From assembly GCA_036172245.1 (NCBI GenBank), contig JAYWIR010000005.1:3224001-3288000 (forward strand): a stretch of 64,000 bases of DNA. The letters are read 5' to 3'. A program made the translations under genes and the position numbers. Source of the stretch: Raillietiella orientalis. Taxonomy: Eukaryota. Below are positions 35,881-51,179 of this stretch, piece by piece; the stretch's first letter is position 1, and every line of letters begins with the position of its first letter. Below the pieces are notes generated by a model that worked only from the letters and a program-made list of their open reading frames with translations, was not told the DNA's origin and did not search any database.

Positions 35881-38800
35881 TGATTTATACAAGATCTTGG
35901 AAAGTTATTTAAATTGCATGAAGTTTCTTTTTCGTATGCAATGGGTTTGACCCCTGCAGAGTTGAAATTTTATTTTTGCGAATGCATGTCAAATTGCATA
36001 TAATTAATCGTTTGATACAAGTTCGAAATGAGCTGATTTGCATCTTCGACTGTATAAATACGCAAATACTTTGATGTGTCAAAACTGCACACCATGTGGT
36101 AAAGTGCCTTAGGGTGGAAACTGCAAATGTAATTGAGGAAACGATCTACAATGTCGTAATCAGTGGAAAGGAATAATAAACATAAATTAGCATAGAAATA
36201 TATATTATGAATATAATACCAAAAGTCTGAACAATAATTTGGTGCGCAATTGTTTATTTAGGACTTTATAACTCAGTGAAACAGCTCAAAAAATATGAAC
36301 GAAGGCACATTATTTGAAAAACATGAAATGTCGGTTGCAAAAAACCTAATTGTACGAAAGTCAATTTTCAAACTACTCTGGGATGCAGGTTGCGTTGGAA
36401 CACTGACAAAAATGCAGAATTTGCAAAAAAAATTCAACACAACAGAAATTATGCATAAGAGACCAAAACTGCTTTTATTTCTATGGCAACTTTCACTGCT
36501 AATAAACGCTAGGCGTCATAGGTCTAAATCTGGTTTATTAACGAAAAATTTCTACAACTGAGAACCTATGTCAGTGTACGAATGTTTAACATCTCATAGA
36601 ACACCTGAAGCAAAAAGACTTCCCGAAAGAGTACCGTTAGTTTCAGTACACCTTATTGTCCACGCAAAAAAACTGCGTCCAATGAACTTTGGTCAGTACT
36701 TCGAGATGGAACCAAATTGATCCTTACATGTTGGTAACTTTTCTCGAACAGTTCACATGGTTTTAGTTTCTGCAAAATTCAACATACTTTTCACTTTTAA
36801 GCGTGGAAAAGAGCTATCCTTTAACGTATTCCGTACAAGCGTCAAGAAAATCAGGAAACGTCTCGGAAATCTTTCAAGATTCCCTCAGCTGTTCCCCACC
36901 AACCCACCACGAGCAATCTTGGTGATTCCAATCGAAGAATAAGAATAGTACCCGGTTCGTTTTACTACTACTGTGGTCGCACCATGCTGTTTCCGTACGT
37001 GCAAACTTTCAATACTGAAGCGACCGAGTCAAATAATGGAAACAACGAAATGAAACAGTTGAGATGGTTTTCGATTTAAAGACACGAGACTTTTTTTTTT
37101 TTTTTTTAACCCTTCAAGGAACACAGTTTGCTTTTCCACGTATGAAGGAGCTGCCTTGCATTGTCTTTGCCAATTCTCATGTTCATTACAACGAGTTTCA
37201 GAAATTTGGTTGTTTGCACACTTACCCGGGACATGAAAAAGAATCGAAAGGGTCACTGAGAATAACTTCGAGTCGGATAGTACCAGCTCTTCAAATACTG
37301 TTGTGCAAAATACATGTAACACTACATCTGAAGATTAAAGACCACTTTAGCTCATTAATTAACTTCGCAAAGATAATGACTTTATCTTTTAGTCAGCATT
37401 GCCAAACTGGCTACTTATATTAGCAGTTGATACAATCATACGAATTTTTTCATAAGTTTGCCATTAATTACATTGTACTATTCTTGGAAGATTTGAAAAA
37501 ACTAAAATTGTGATATTAATCCTTTCCTTTTCTGATGTGGATGAAAACAAATGCATAATTACGGAAGACGATACATGGTTCAACAACAAACATTAATTTT
37601 GTATTTCCTAATTCTTTTATCATTTCATATACTGCAAAACTTTGATTTTTTTTACACAACTCTGACTTATTTTGGTGAGGGTGTATGCAAACTTTTACTA
37701 CATAGTAGAGGTATATACACACACATTTACATACTATACATACATACTTCCCATACATGGATACACCAGCAGGACATCAATTAAATTGTTCCTTCTGAAA
37801 CATTGAGAAGTCTGTTGGATAACATCATCTCAAATTTCATCCTGCAGTAGACAATTACTTCAATAATATTGCAGAATAGAGCTTTTATGCAGTAATCACT
37901 TTTGTTAATGCAAAATTTGGGTATTTTTAAAAATTTATAAGTGTATTCTTCTGATGAGATGGCAGTCAGATGATGCTATGAAAAAACTAGAATGCTCCAA
38001 AGAAAACATGCAAAGTTTCAGAGAAATTTACTGATTCTACACAAAGTGAAAATCAAAAACTGCAAAAGACAAAAAGACATAGCATTTCATGTAGCATAGA
38101 AAAGCTTGATACTTAATACAACTGCTAAATTACACAAATATATACATAAATAGTGTTAACAAATGTTAAACTTCATAATGGTATAACTCCTTGAAAGCTT
38201 TGTTGGGATTGTTTCCCATAATACTGTGTCATAAATACACTTATGATGTACCTTCATATCTCTGTTTTAACTACGATTTTCTCCTGTTTTATCGAAATGA
38301 AAGCGAAATCATGATTTCTTAATCTACAGTTAATTCTTAACTTTTAATTGGCATCTTACTGAATCTATCCAACTGATTGCATCACCTTTGGAATCAGATT
38401 CTATTTACAGGCATAAGGTATAATAATAAACTGTTAATAAACTGCTCCTATGGAGCATCCATGCCATTGGGGCTGGAAGAAGAAAACAATTTTTTTCCAT
38501 TGAAAGTGGACAAAAATTATGATCGAAATTGTGCTTAACAACATTCGGTACCATTAACTCTTGGTTGAAAACATAAAGGTCTCAAAGGTTCTTCAAAGGA
38601 ATTCTTGATTGATTAAAAATCTAAGGCTATCTCAATTTTGCTGATAAAATCAAATACATTTTTCAATACAAGAAGGGGAAGAAAATGACAGAGGCAGAAA
38701 ACAAACTCTGCACACTGCATTGTTCCTTTATTCACAATTAATGTAAATATTGTAATAAGAATCACACATAACTAAGATGCGGAATAAGACATCCCTGACA

Positions 38801-41800
38801 AATGAGCACCAGAGAAAACAAAAAAAATTCATCCTAGTTTTATTTGAACGTTAATTTTCAGTCGATCATTGGAAACCAAAGGAATCGATCATTGTTCTAA
38901 ACTTTGAATAATAATCCAATAAAGGTACAGTTGATAGAAAGAGTTAATTTTTTTCCGTTTCCTCCGCAAAATCTGGTGCATGAAGCACTTCACTTTGTCG
39001 AAACATCACGCCCGATCACTGGAGCTAGCAAGGAAAACCTTCTTTGTTTTTACCAAAAACCGGTTCATTGCAAGGCGAAGACTTTCCACTGACTGCATGC
39101 AATAATTAAAGGCGTTGTCCACACGCTAAGTAATGTCGATCAAGCAAACAAGACTTCAGGCGTTTCGATGGATGAAAGTGGTCCAGCCGCGAAGCTGCTG
39201 AACCACTTCCATCCCGATGAAGAAGCTATCCCGATGACAAATCTCTAGGGTTACGAATCGGTTTCCACCACTTGACAGGACACTCAGGTTTCAAACGAAT
39301 TCCTTTCAGAGCACACCATCAAGACAGGTACACTGCAAGGCAGCTTCACCAAAGAAAACTTGTTCCGACATGATGCAAAGCGTTTGTTCCTAAAATCTTT
39401 GGAAGAAATATCGTTTTAGCATCAGTTTCTGAAACATCGACTAATTTTGCTTCTCTCGAATGAGCCTTGCGTAATGCCTGAAGTTCTTTCTTGCAATGAA
39501 TGCAATACCCTCCCCAAATGAACACCTTAGTGAATTACAGCTACTTCAGGAATTTGTCAGAATCTGTCGGTATTGGATCTCAAAAGAAACACACACATCA
39601 CAAGTTTTTGACTCTCCATGAATTTCGACTGCTTTCACTTCTTAAAAGAGCCCTTCAATAGCAATATAATAATTCGGCAACTTCAGTTTGGAACGTATTT
39701 ATAAGAAAACATCTAAAATGTCACAAAATTTCTTGTAGTTCTTTTTGTTGCTGTTGTTGTTTCCAGGATATTTCTTGACAAATATGTTTACAAAGTATCA
39801 AAGAATCTCTGGGCGGGGAAAAAGGAAGAAAAAAACCTGAAATATTTGCAATTGTAATTTCGAGTTTCATCGATTCAGGATATCCAGGAAAATATATGAC
39901 TGCATCGGCGAAGAACAAGAGCAGTAATACGTTTTGCGAGCTGGAAATGATCATCGGCGGAGATTCATAACAGCATGTTGTCAGGAAGAGATGTTTTCAG
40001 CGCCAAGATGTTATCAACCGCTTCAGACGTCGGCGAAGATCGTTCACGGCGGCATTCGCAACAGAAAACAACGCCGAAACATGCTGACTCCATGATCAAC
40101 AGCAACCAAGTTCCCGTTACTGAAGTATCTTCGGAACTTCATGCCAGCTGTGGATGAGCTAATTCGATTATTCACAATGACCCCGAGATACAAGAAATTG
40201 TGAACGGGACAGACCCGAAGACAACTAGCAGGAGGACATGGCTGAAGAGTAAACATCATTTATGCAACACTTGGAAGGCACCGAAAGGAAGGGACATTTC
40301 TCCAGAGAATAGTCCGCTGGCGATAACACCATTCACAATTCCGAGTCAGAAAGCAAATCACAATCGATGGAATGGAAATACTCTCAGTATCTGAAGTCCG
40401 GACCAGACCGAGTACCAGTAAATTTCATGTTGGGCTTCTCCTGAACTTCTAAAGAGTCTGGATGCCAACCCATTCCCATCCGGAAGGAGAAACTACAAGC
40501 AGTGCTTGACACAGAAAAATGTAACAAGACAAGTGGAAGGATCAAAAGGAGGTGATGAATCAGCCTTTATCTTCCACTTTTCCCCCCCCTTGGATTGATG
40601 AGCAACGAGCTATGAGGCAAACATTTCCGATTGGTGAAACAGGATCTTACGAATACACAACACACCTTTTTCCTTGCATGCATGCAGAAGTGGGAGGAAA
40701 GGTGGACCTCATGCAACTGAAAAGTTCAGTGATCACACAGAAAATGATACGGTGCACATTCGATACAGTCACCTTTGATAAAAGAAACTTTTCCACCATT
40801 TCCATTTTAATTTTTCTGCCATTCGATAAAGGAAGCCTTTTCTCAGCCGCGTTAAAGATGGGGGGAAATAAGAGAGATTCATTAACTATTCGAATGAAAG
40901 GCTAGATATTTTAACGTTGAATCGAAAAGGGAGGTAAAAGTGTTCGAAATGCAACGTGGATCCATCAACCATTTCGAAAATCGTGAAAAAAAAATGAAGA
41001 GAACCAAATGGGAGGCTGCGTCGCCCCACGCTGAGGTGTTCCAAAACACCTACAAACAGGATGGCTCGATCTGGAAGTTTCCTGAAATGGGGCCAGCTTT
41101 GCACTCGCCTCGGCTTCTGCAACAGTGACACTCGGAAAAGAAAAAAAAAAAAAAACACCATCGTAGAAGAAATCTTAAGATGGAAGGCCAAGGAAGTTCA
41201 TGTTCGGTTGGGATGCAATGGGGAATTTTTGGCAGATGATGGGTGGCAGCCGAGCCACTTCAAGGAAAGACATGGCATTCGTTTGTTAACCACATCCGGG
41301 GAAAACCTTTCCATTCCATAGCAAGAGAGAAAATGTAGCAGGTGGCTCTGGGGTTATGGAATGAGAGAAGTGGGGAAAGCGAATGAAATCACGTTCATGA
41401 TCTGGAAACACCATTAGGAACGCTCCTATGCAGCATGCAGGAGAGAAGATTTAGATGAGAGTTGGATGTTGACAAAGTTATTGACCATTCTTCCAATTTA
41501 GCAGCTACTGAGTGGCCAGAAAGTGTCCTCCTTCCTGTTCGTGATGTCCTTCTCCCGAGAAGAACACGGGAAAAAGCAATCGTGAAGAAGTTTGGATCAA
41601 ATTTTATAACGTATCATCATCATTTACCATGCACTGTTACTAAATTTGCTCATTTGATTATAAAAATGCATGCTACTGTTCCGCAATTTGGTTTCTTTTA
41701 TTTCACTATCCAAAATGAATGTTTTTTTTTTTTTTTCATTTCGACTACCCATCTCTATACAATCAACAACATTCTATAAAGGCAACGTTTTTACAATTCC

Positions 41801-42089
41801 AATTCCAATTCCAATTATTATTACAGTGACCATGTCGAATGCTCACTGTAATAATAATATAAAGTGATAATAATAGCAGAAAGTAAAGCATTTCATTTCA
41901 TCCTTTATGGAAGAACTTTCGTGGCAAGCAAGATAAAGGCTCAGAACTTTAATCACTACCGTTTCGATTTTATCCTCGTACTAGATCTTGCTTCATTGCT
42001 TCCAAGGAAGAAAAAAGGGAAGGTGGGGTCCGATGACACTCGTGTTGGTGATCTGGGATATGATGCATACAAAATTATGGATTATCAGT

Positions 42090-42770
42090 AAATATTGGCA
42101 CGAAGCTCCGAAAGCTTGCCGAATGTGCGTCAGAACCGAGGACCCAAGCAGCACGAATCTGCATCAAGGAGGTTCTCATGCACCTTGCCAGTGAGGACTC
42201 CGATTGAAGCAGGAGTTTGGGGACTTGTAATGATGCTTCACCAGAGGACTGTCCTGCTCGGTGCATATGGTGGTATCCTTGCTGCACAGCATCACGATGT
42301 AAACCACGAGTTTCCTGTTGTTGCCCGTATACAGCCGAGGGTTCTCCAGGTATCGCGGCAGCCCTTCGTTCGGCAGCCCTCAGGAATCCGCCACTAGGGC
42401 TCCGGACAGCGTATCGGACTCCAGAACAGTTGGGGCGAGCAGCTTCTCCATACGTCTCCTCCTACTGCGGTGCTCCCGTAAACGCTGCTGCCGCAGTCTC
42501 ATCCGGGTAACAGAGGTTCACAATTAGCGGTCTGCTTCTCATCGGAGTACAAAATCCAGTCCAAGCGGCAGTTCTAAGTCGGGGATGGTACTCCCTCTCT
42601 TCCGGCGGTCACCTTCCTAATCCACTGCACCAGGGCATCACGCCGGTTGGTATAGAGACGAGACTGCAGCACACAGTGATTAAGTGTATCCCAGTAGCGT
42701 CTCGTCCCAAACCTGGTAGGCCTTCAACAACGATCTTCTCGTTTCCTTCGTGATGCTCGGAGGATAGGGG
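42090..42770 (-). mobile_element. GC-rich inserted relic, possibly gag-like retroelement fragment
   Basis: Abrupt GC-rich coding-like patch with broken frames. The minus strand has SCFNRSPHWQGA, resembling a damaged CCHC knuckle. Confidence 0.2.
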
Positions 42771-45700
42771 GTTAGCGTGCTCAAGTATAAGAGACAGATT
42801 CGCAAGATCTTTTTTTTTTAAAAATTCAGCTGGTATTTTTAGCGGTGCAGATTTGGAACAGAGCTTTTGAATAAAGAGATGTCAATGCACCTTTTGAATG
42901 GAGGTGAATTAAAGTTTCTTCTTCACTCGGAAGACCGATCTTGAATAACGTGAATGATCCAGAGGCGAGCAGACTGGGATTTAGCTTTTCTGTTTGCAAG
43001 GACATTCAAAGTATTTTATGATTTCGTACACATAGTTGACGTGTATTAAAACTTCATGATTTGAAAAGATGCCTAAGAAAAATTGCCATCTCGGTTCCTT
43101 TCACCTGAGTGCCCTCAGTAGCCACTGTTTTCTTAATCCTAAGAATTTCTCAGTCTTGATGCATTTGGTTCATCCGGAACTCATGGCTTGCTAAGGTGTA
43201 CTACCTTGAGTGCGTTTTCAAAATGTTTCGATTAGAATGCTCAATATCCACAAAGGAATTGAAGACATCATGACGCGTAAGCATTTTGAGTAACGTAGCA
43301 AAAGTTTGCATGATCTCGTGGACGTTTAGTTGCTTTATCTTTTCGTTCTTGAGGTTGGGATGAAGCTCCACGTTCCTTTCAGCTGTTCTGTGGATCCTGT
43401 GAAATCCTGTGAAGATATGTGAAAAGATTCACACAAAAATCACACCCATGCATGAAACCGCATTATTTGAATATATGTGACTGTATGAAAAAGAATATCC
43501 AACCACTTATTTTGGATGCGTTATTGCAGTACGGCAGTTTTAGGTATACGAAGGCAATTAAGAAGACGTGACTCGAACCAGAATGTCACGATGCAGCTCC
43601 ACAACGGTTACGTCTCTGTGTCCAGAAGTTTCAAACCCATATTCCTTTCTCTTCTTTCGATAACAGCCTATAGTCCTTTGCTGAAAATCCACATTGGAGG
43701 TACATTGGCAGAAGAACGAAGGGGGGGAGAGGGAGGGTGCTGGAATTTCTTTTATCCAGAGATTCCAGGGAATTTTTTTTTTTTTTCCTTTTGCACATGT
43801 TTAATAAAAGTGTCAAGGACATTCGAGTCCATGAACATTCAGCAACTAACCAGTATCAACTTTTCGAAAGGTCTTTGATAATGTGGAAAAATAATGCCAC
43901 GGTCAGATGCACGTTCCGGCGTTTCTGTTTCGTTTTTGAACGGGATCGAGTCACATCGCTCAGCCTCGCAAATTAATGCAAAAGAATTAAGAGATAAAGT
44001 GTGAGAAATCCAATACATTATCGCATTCGGGAGGGGAAAAAAAAAAAAAAAAAAGGAACAGCGGGCGACCAAGTTAGGATGCAACGGTACCTGCAGGAAG
44101 CAAACCATTTCGAAGTGATAAATCTGAACGCTCAGGTGGCATAAGCTCTTAATTGATTCCTAATCTCAGTCCTGCATCTTCGCTGTCTTCTGCCGAATCC
44201 TTGATTGGGGTATAATGCAGCGACGGATGAACTGATGTGAGTACAAAGAAGGTTTTGTCATGGTTCATTTCCTGTACATACAAGGATCCTATATATTGCC
44301 TTGAGCAATTAGTGTACGGTGAAACCGGGAAGACTTGAAGCCAAAAGGCAAACTCAGATGCATTTGTTCTCCGCTTTCAGCAGATGAACAACAAAAAAGA
44401 TGGAGCAAAAATGCACCAATAAATTTGCGTTTTTGCTAGTAACGAAGAAAGCATCAAACCAAGAAAGCATGTTCTATATTTATCACATACGTATAATTTA
44501 AAAAAACACATACATACATCAGCTAGGTATGTAAAGTTCGTAAAAATATGCTCGTAAAAATTAAGAATTGCGGGGCAAACTGAAGTGAATTAGTAGCTAA
44601 ACTATAGCAAATTGTGCGAAGTGTTCAAGTGCATACCAGGCTTGGATATGTCTATTAAACATGTGTTCTACTTCCTGCTTCTTTTTTTTTCTTCTAATGA
44701 CCTTTCAGCCACGAAGGAGAAACAACGGGATGTCATCCTTTTCACATATGGCCCTTGCATTTTAAATGTGTTTTCAACTTAGTTAAAGTGGTCATCTGAT
44801 GGACTGCATTTTCTCAATTTCCAGAATTTTAGTCTCTTTTACTAAGTTGAACTAAGCGGATGAAATTTTTCTTTTCGTTTTTTTTTTAGCACCATTTCGC
44901 CAGTTTTCATTAAAGTATATCGATCTGTGTTTGTTAACTCGCATAATTACGTATTTTCGTTTAGAATACCTAACAGATAATGTACTGTCCGAGGTCACGT
45001 TGTAGGTGAAGAGCATCGAAGGTGTAGTCGCCGAAGCAGTTTTGGATGGATGTCTGTAGAAGCCAATTTACGGCTCAATTTTAAAATTAAATTCCTTCCG
45101 AAACATTCATGACATTTCGTAATACGAATCTTCGAGTATGTTTTCGTTTCCCATATTACTTCTTTAGACTCACGTTCGAAGATCCAAAGTACGCCGATCT
45201 CCGTTGGGACGGAGAGGGATGGATGGGGACATCGGACGTTTCTCCCACTGATCCGCCGAAAAAGGAAACCTGAGATTTCGTTCTTCCTGTTCTTTCCAGA
45301 AACTCAAAGGATGGAGTATTCGGCCCAAAGAATCCCTATCCAGCATCCGACCAGAGCTTTTTCGAGTGGCTCCTGTTCCAAAAGCATTCTACCTTCAAGT
45401 TTTACCGGAGCAAAATCGGTGGTTCCGTAGTTCAATCAGCAAGCGACCACGCCAGCATCCCCCACAGTGCTTTCTTCGGGCCCACCCTTTATCCACGTTC
45501 CTTGTATCCGAAAATGTCCATTCACTCCTCCACGCGGAGAAATGAGCTCACCACGTCTCAGAAGGTTTTCGGTTTAGGCCATTTGCCACTTCTTAAGTCA
45601 CGATTTAATTAAAATTTTCTTGCTGCTAAATCCCTTCAGCGTGAAATTCCAACAGCGAAATCTGATTATCTTATCCTTTAGAGCGTTCTCGATATCCCAT

Positions 45701-48700
45701 TTCCCTTGAAGTGTGTGGTCCTTGATACGTGCACGGAAGTTTTTCGTTCCTTATTCGTTTTGCTTCACTTTCAAGTTACCTTCCTGATGGATTCTCAGAG
45801 TACAATAAATAACTAAGCTCATGCATCGAAATGATGATATCGATTACTTGCAACGATGTACTTCCACCAGGTTATGTAGTCACACGTAATCACAGTAAGC
45901 AAGAAGAAGACGTTCCGAAGGAGACAAATGTTTATTAGGCTAGCGAGAAGCTCAGCATTGACACGAACTGAGGCTTGGAATTTTAACGAAGGCTCAGATA
46001 TGTACTCTGCCACTGAGAATGAGCAGCTCTAAAATTTCCGTGTTCTTGCAAGAAAGGAAAAAGAAGCAAAGCGAAGAAAGGAAACGTTTCGATTCTCATC
46101 TGATGCCTCCCGGATTTTTGCATCGGATGTCTGAGATCTCGAATCGAATCCAAGTGTTGGTTTCCTAAGAGACGGACCTCCGGAACGAACCTTTGCAGAT
46201 TTCACTGGATTTCCTGGGGACAAGCACCGAGCTCGAAAGCAGACCTCAGTCATAGGATGGCCATTTTTTGGTTTTCTTTTTGTTTCACTCGATGGTTTCC
46301 AATGATTCAGTTGAGATCTTTGCCTCGAAGCAACACAAATTCGCCCAACTTGCATCACGTTGTGGCAAAGTAAATTTGATACATTTTTTATTTCTTCTTC
46401 CGCCCATCTGTTTCTTAAAACGGTTAACACTTGACTGCGTTTTCAGAGCCATGGCTTCCATTCAAAATAAACAGGCATGTTCCGTACGTGCTTGTTTATT
46501 TTTTATAGGCAACCTCATCAGTTTTCAGGAGCGAACGTTTGTGCCTCCCGAAAATCAGATGGTTCATCCATGATCTCTGAAATAACGAGGTCACCTGGAG
46601 GTAATTCGCTTTTCCCTTGTGCTCCCAGTGAATTCGGGTGTTTCAATTTAGCAATGACGATAATAACGGTGATAACGATAAGAAGGAAAAACGACTATCC
46701 GTGTGCAATATTGGTAGCTGCTGTTCGGATGCTGTAACATTCCATTCTCCATTTTTCTAGAAAATCTTCCTGATATCACTTCCTGATAATCCAGGGTAAG
46801 TGTTGGACTACTTTTGGATTTGCAGGACCTTAAAAACAGTGATATGTTCGGATGTATTAGCAGTTTCATCTTCGACATGGGTAGAAATAGTGGAAACTCC
46901 AAATTAAGAAAGTATGGTGCAGTCAACATCTTTCAATTACTTGATATAATTCAACTGAGAGGAAAAAGTGACATGAAAAAAAAAAAAGGAAGAAAAATGC
47001 ACTCGCAATGTAATGGCCAGTAAAAAAGGCGTGATATTGTAGGTGCTATACTTTTTATAGGAATGTACTTTCGAATTTATAATCGGTCTACTTCCCTATT
47101 TTCTAAAAGAAAGAAAGAAATGTACGCACAGGAAGTTTGAGTATTTTGCATTCATTTTGCTTAATTTTTTTACATAAAACATCATTTAGCAGTAAGCCAC
47201 AGATCACTGAAGAAGTCGAAAAGTATTACCTAACTATTTTACACTTCGAAAAGGTGCTTCAGTGGTCCTTGAGCATCCTTGAGTAAATGAATGCTCTTCC
47301 AAATGAAGTTTAGCACTTTGGAGGATTACGCTTTATAAACACATCATTCATCCTAGAACAAAGTCGTCCTCCATCCTTGTCAGAAGTAGTCAAGGCACAA
47401 TAAATGCCATAAGCTCATGTACCCACACAAGCACGCACAAAGAGACCCAGAAGATACCATCTACGCTGTGCCTTCCGAAGATGGGCTGGTCGGAAGGGTT
47501 TCAATAATTCGTGATAATTAAGACAAGGGAAAGATGGAACGGTTCAAATATAATTTATTTTCTGTAATTTCGACAACGATTATGGTCTTGCATGCTTTTT
47601 TAAAGGATATTTCTGTCTGGTTGCCTCGGGGTTGCTTTAGTTTTCTCTTTTTCCTTTTCGTTTTGTATAAACTTCCTGATAGATTCGGTCGGTTTTTATG
47701 CGCTGTCGGACCACTATGAAGCTGATCGCTGGTTCGAACATAGATGGAAAAGATACCGCTTAGGTACACATGTCTTTGCTGATGCGAAATCCGAGATACG
47801 GTTTTCATGGGTCACTGGACCATAAAGATCACATGCCATAAAGAATCTAAACAAAAAAAGCCGAGAGTTTAAAAAAAAAGTCCAGGAGATGTTGATAATC
47901 TCCTTAGGGTTGCTCGAATCTGCAGCTTCCGAAATTAGGAAGCTGGTTGCTTCATCGCTTGAACAGCAGTTCCCAAGTTAGTAAAAATGGGAATGGAATG
48001 CTTTGATATCTGGAGAGGAAAAAAAAAATCAGAAACAGGGAAAACGAGCTTGTGTGAGATGCCGATACTTCCTCTTTGGTCCTCTTGCTGAATCCATACC
48101 TACACGCCTAAGCGAAAATGATTTTCGCAAAACCGCTTGAACTATAAAATAAGTAAATGCATTTGCAGCCTTGTTCTGAACTTGACTAAAAAAGCAGCAG
48201 CGTCCAGCTGGGCGTTTTGTCGAAAAAAAAACAACAACAAAAAAAAAAAACACGGATTCCGATGCATAACTTCTGTCACCAGTAAATACTTTTCGGAAGT
48301 TTTGAATTGAAGCATAAATCAATCTGCAGACTTGTATGTCAGAAGATTAATGGAAACTCCGTTAATCCCCAGGATGGATAATGAATTGGCAAGGAGAACG
48401 CTAAATACATTCTCTCGGCACCTGGAAATCTAAATTTATTTTCCGTCACTGCACTTTCCACTCTCATCCCTTTCCTTTTTCATTGCGCTAAATCCCAGAT
48501 CCTTCCCGAATTCCCGAGAGTTACTCTGGACTCCTCGTTCCTCTTGCTTCTGGATCATTCTTCCTGATCACTTAGAAAGTGCAATTGTTAATGGAGTGTC
48601 CTCAAAACACGCACACACCTACTAGTAAAATTCACATTCGTGTTTGGCTAATATAGTTTTCGTTTTATCACGCATGCGTGACTGCATTCGTATTTCATTT

Positions 48701-49299
48701 CTTCCTCGTCACGTTTTTTGTGGCGTACTATCTCCAGGATGAAGACAACATTTTCTCCTCAGGATCCAAATCCCTCTACATACACAAATGCTACAAATGA
48801 GCATGAAGATCGATAATAATAAGAATGTTCAATGGCTAGCTGAGGCATCACTGGAAAAATTAAAAGTAGAAGAATGAGTGTTTGCATATATGGTTCATTC
48901 CTTTCTCTTTCCCAGACAGCGTTGTGAACTGGAACATTAAGAGAATCGAAAGGATGGTTGCTGCAGAGGAATGCTCCAAAGCAAGGCAGACAGGTCCTAC
49001 AGCTGCAAGTGCTTCTTGGACTTCCGAAGGTTGTTGGAGTGGGAAACTCGATCAACTCGGGATCTGCGATGGATTATGTAAATCAAGATGGTTATTACCT
49101 AAGTAACTTTTTTTCGGAATTTGCCCATTACTGTAGAAAAAGTCCTTGGAGATTTCGTGGAGTTTGAATAATCCCGTCGTTCCTATGTCTTGGTATTAAA
49201 GCACGGAGGGGTTGCATTTTAGAACGGGATTCTCAAAAATAGGGGCTGTAATCCTACTCTCTTTGATTGCGCCACTTGAACGATCTGTGTGACTTGCTT

Positions 49300-50500
49300 C
49301 GTGAGGGCAAATAAATGAAAGACTGTAGACTGATTGCGATAAATCTGGATGAGCTGCAGTTTCGAATGAGATTGGGGTTAAACGCTCGAGGATATCTGAT
49401 AAACGAAGGAAACGGGGAGGATAACCGAGGTGCTTCGTTTGCAGAAATGAGTGCTGCGATTCTCAAAAAGTAATTCCTCAAAGCCTCCGAAGTTTCTTCC
49501 AAGATTAAACGCTGCTTCTGGTTTTGTCTTGTCTCCTCACCACGAAGAGAAACTTCTGCTGAAAGAGCTTTCTTTGTCGATATTTCAGCGGCAAGAAATG
49601 GAACTTCTTTTCAAAGGCTTGGCTAATTCATCCGGAAATTGATTCTATGATTCTCGGATCCATAGTACCGCTTCCAGTACGTGCTTCACCTTTCCCTTCC
49701 GGTTGCAATGTATCCCGATGACGTTGTACTAAACTCGCCAAAACACCTAGTCGCTCTGAAGTTATTCAGCATGCCACTGCATTGTATTTTCACATCATCT
49801 GCTTGCATCAGATTCTCAAGAAGGAAACAAAATGGCACCTGGGTTTTCTGCAGCTCTTAATATTCGAATGTATGGACCAGAATTGGTCTGCTTCGAGGCT
49901 ATAGGGTTTCGCTTTTGCTTCTTGGAACGATGGTCAAAACAATACTTTGCTCCACATTATCTATGATACCTGATACCAGCTTTATCGCAGAAGAAATAAG
50001 AGAGGCTGTCAATATTGGATATTAGAAATGTCATCTTCTAACTAGTCTTGAGGAACAAGAACTTCTTAATATCCGATTCGAGCTGATTTGTTTTCCTTTT
50101 CGAGAACTACTCAGAGGTATCTAGAACGGAAAGCATCGCTCATCTACTACTTATATCTCCTTAGTGCTGTATTTATTCTCTTCAATAATGCAACGAGAGG
50201 ATGCAGCGTAGTGCAAATACATTCGGATAAGAGGCATTCTTTTTTTTAATTCTTGCATTCATCAAGAGAAACCTTTCGTGAGCATCAGTTAAGAAGTAAC
50301 GAGGTAAAGAAATAAACGCAAAAAAATGCGATTCAGTCTAAAATCAATATTTCAGCAATTCTGACACTCTTGATGCCATTTTTTGCTCTCATCTTCCCAT
50401 GGATTAGCTAAACAACATCAGAGAATTTCTCCTTAACTTCTTCGAACTCCAAGCCATCCGGGAAGAATTCCTGGGACGACAATTTTCTGTTTCAAAAAAT
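49300..50500 (+). mobile_element. Highly eroded LINE ORF2 relic
   Basis: Weak collinear remnants: LFKGLANSSG (~FxxxSG), KWHLG (~KYLG), GTMVKTILCS (~GRxxLxKSxLxS). Confidence 0.25.
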
Positions 50501-50559
50501 TACACCCGCCCCCTCCATAAGTTTTTAGAGATAATCTCCTTAAAACTGCCCATCTCTCG

Positions 50560-51000
50560 ATCCTGGACATCGCGGGAAAGACTGCTTGGAGGCTGGAAGA
50601 CGCGCGAGTCGGTGGATGCTCCCACTCCGCGTGCTCCGGCTACGGGACTCCTTCGGTGGAGTGAACTTTTGAGCGTTGTCCTTGAGGAACTTGTGGTCCC
50701 TCCCCAATGTCTGGACACATCTGTATTCCTGCTGTCCTGGAGGCAGGCTCTCCAAGAACCCTGCTTCAGGACACGATGTCCTCCAAGAAATGCGTCGGAA
50801 ACAGCGCTCCTGCACCAGGAGGACACCGTCCGCGATTCTTCTTCCCCGAAGGACTCTCGTCGGGCGCACCGATCGCAACGAGATGTTGCATCTACTTTCA
50901 CCATCACGTCCCGCCATGTGCTCGAGACGACGACGCAGCGAAGGGAGGTCACCGATATGGCAGCCGCCTACATGAGGACGGCTACATGAGGTGGAAAGGA
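50560..51000 (+). mobile_element. Second, internally deleted copy of the 3' end of the same LINE family
   Basis: Shares blocks with 52800-53340: GAAC(T/C)TGTGGTCCCT, GCGCTCCTGCACCAGGAGG, GACGCAGCG(A/G)AGGGAG(G/A)TCACC and CCTAC(A/G)TGAGGACG. Confidence 0.6.
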
Positions 51001-51179
51001 GTGAAGAAAGCCGCATCCCTTGTATCCACCGTCCCTTTTATTTATTTTGCTTTTTTTTTTATTGCCCACTTCGCGGTAATTTTTTCCGGTTTTTTTTACT
51101 TATTTATAACGGTCTAGGTGGAGCGATGCGACGTCATCTCTCTCGTTCTTCCAAATTTTTTTTTGTGTTGTTGTTCCCT

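Noticed and set aside
39100..40520. Possible LINE C-terminal relic (similar weak case at 24900-25300)
   Set aside because: Motif similarity is too weak to call without a profile search.
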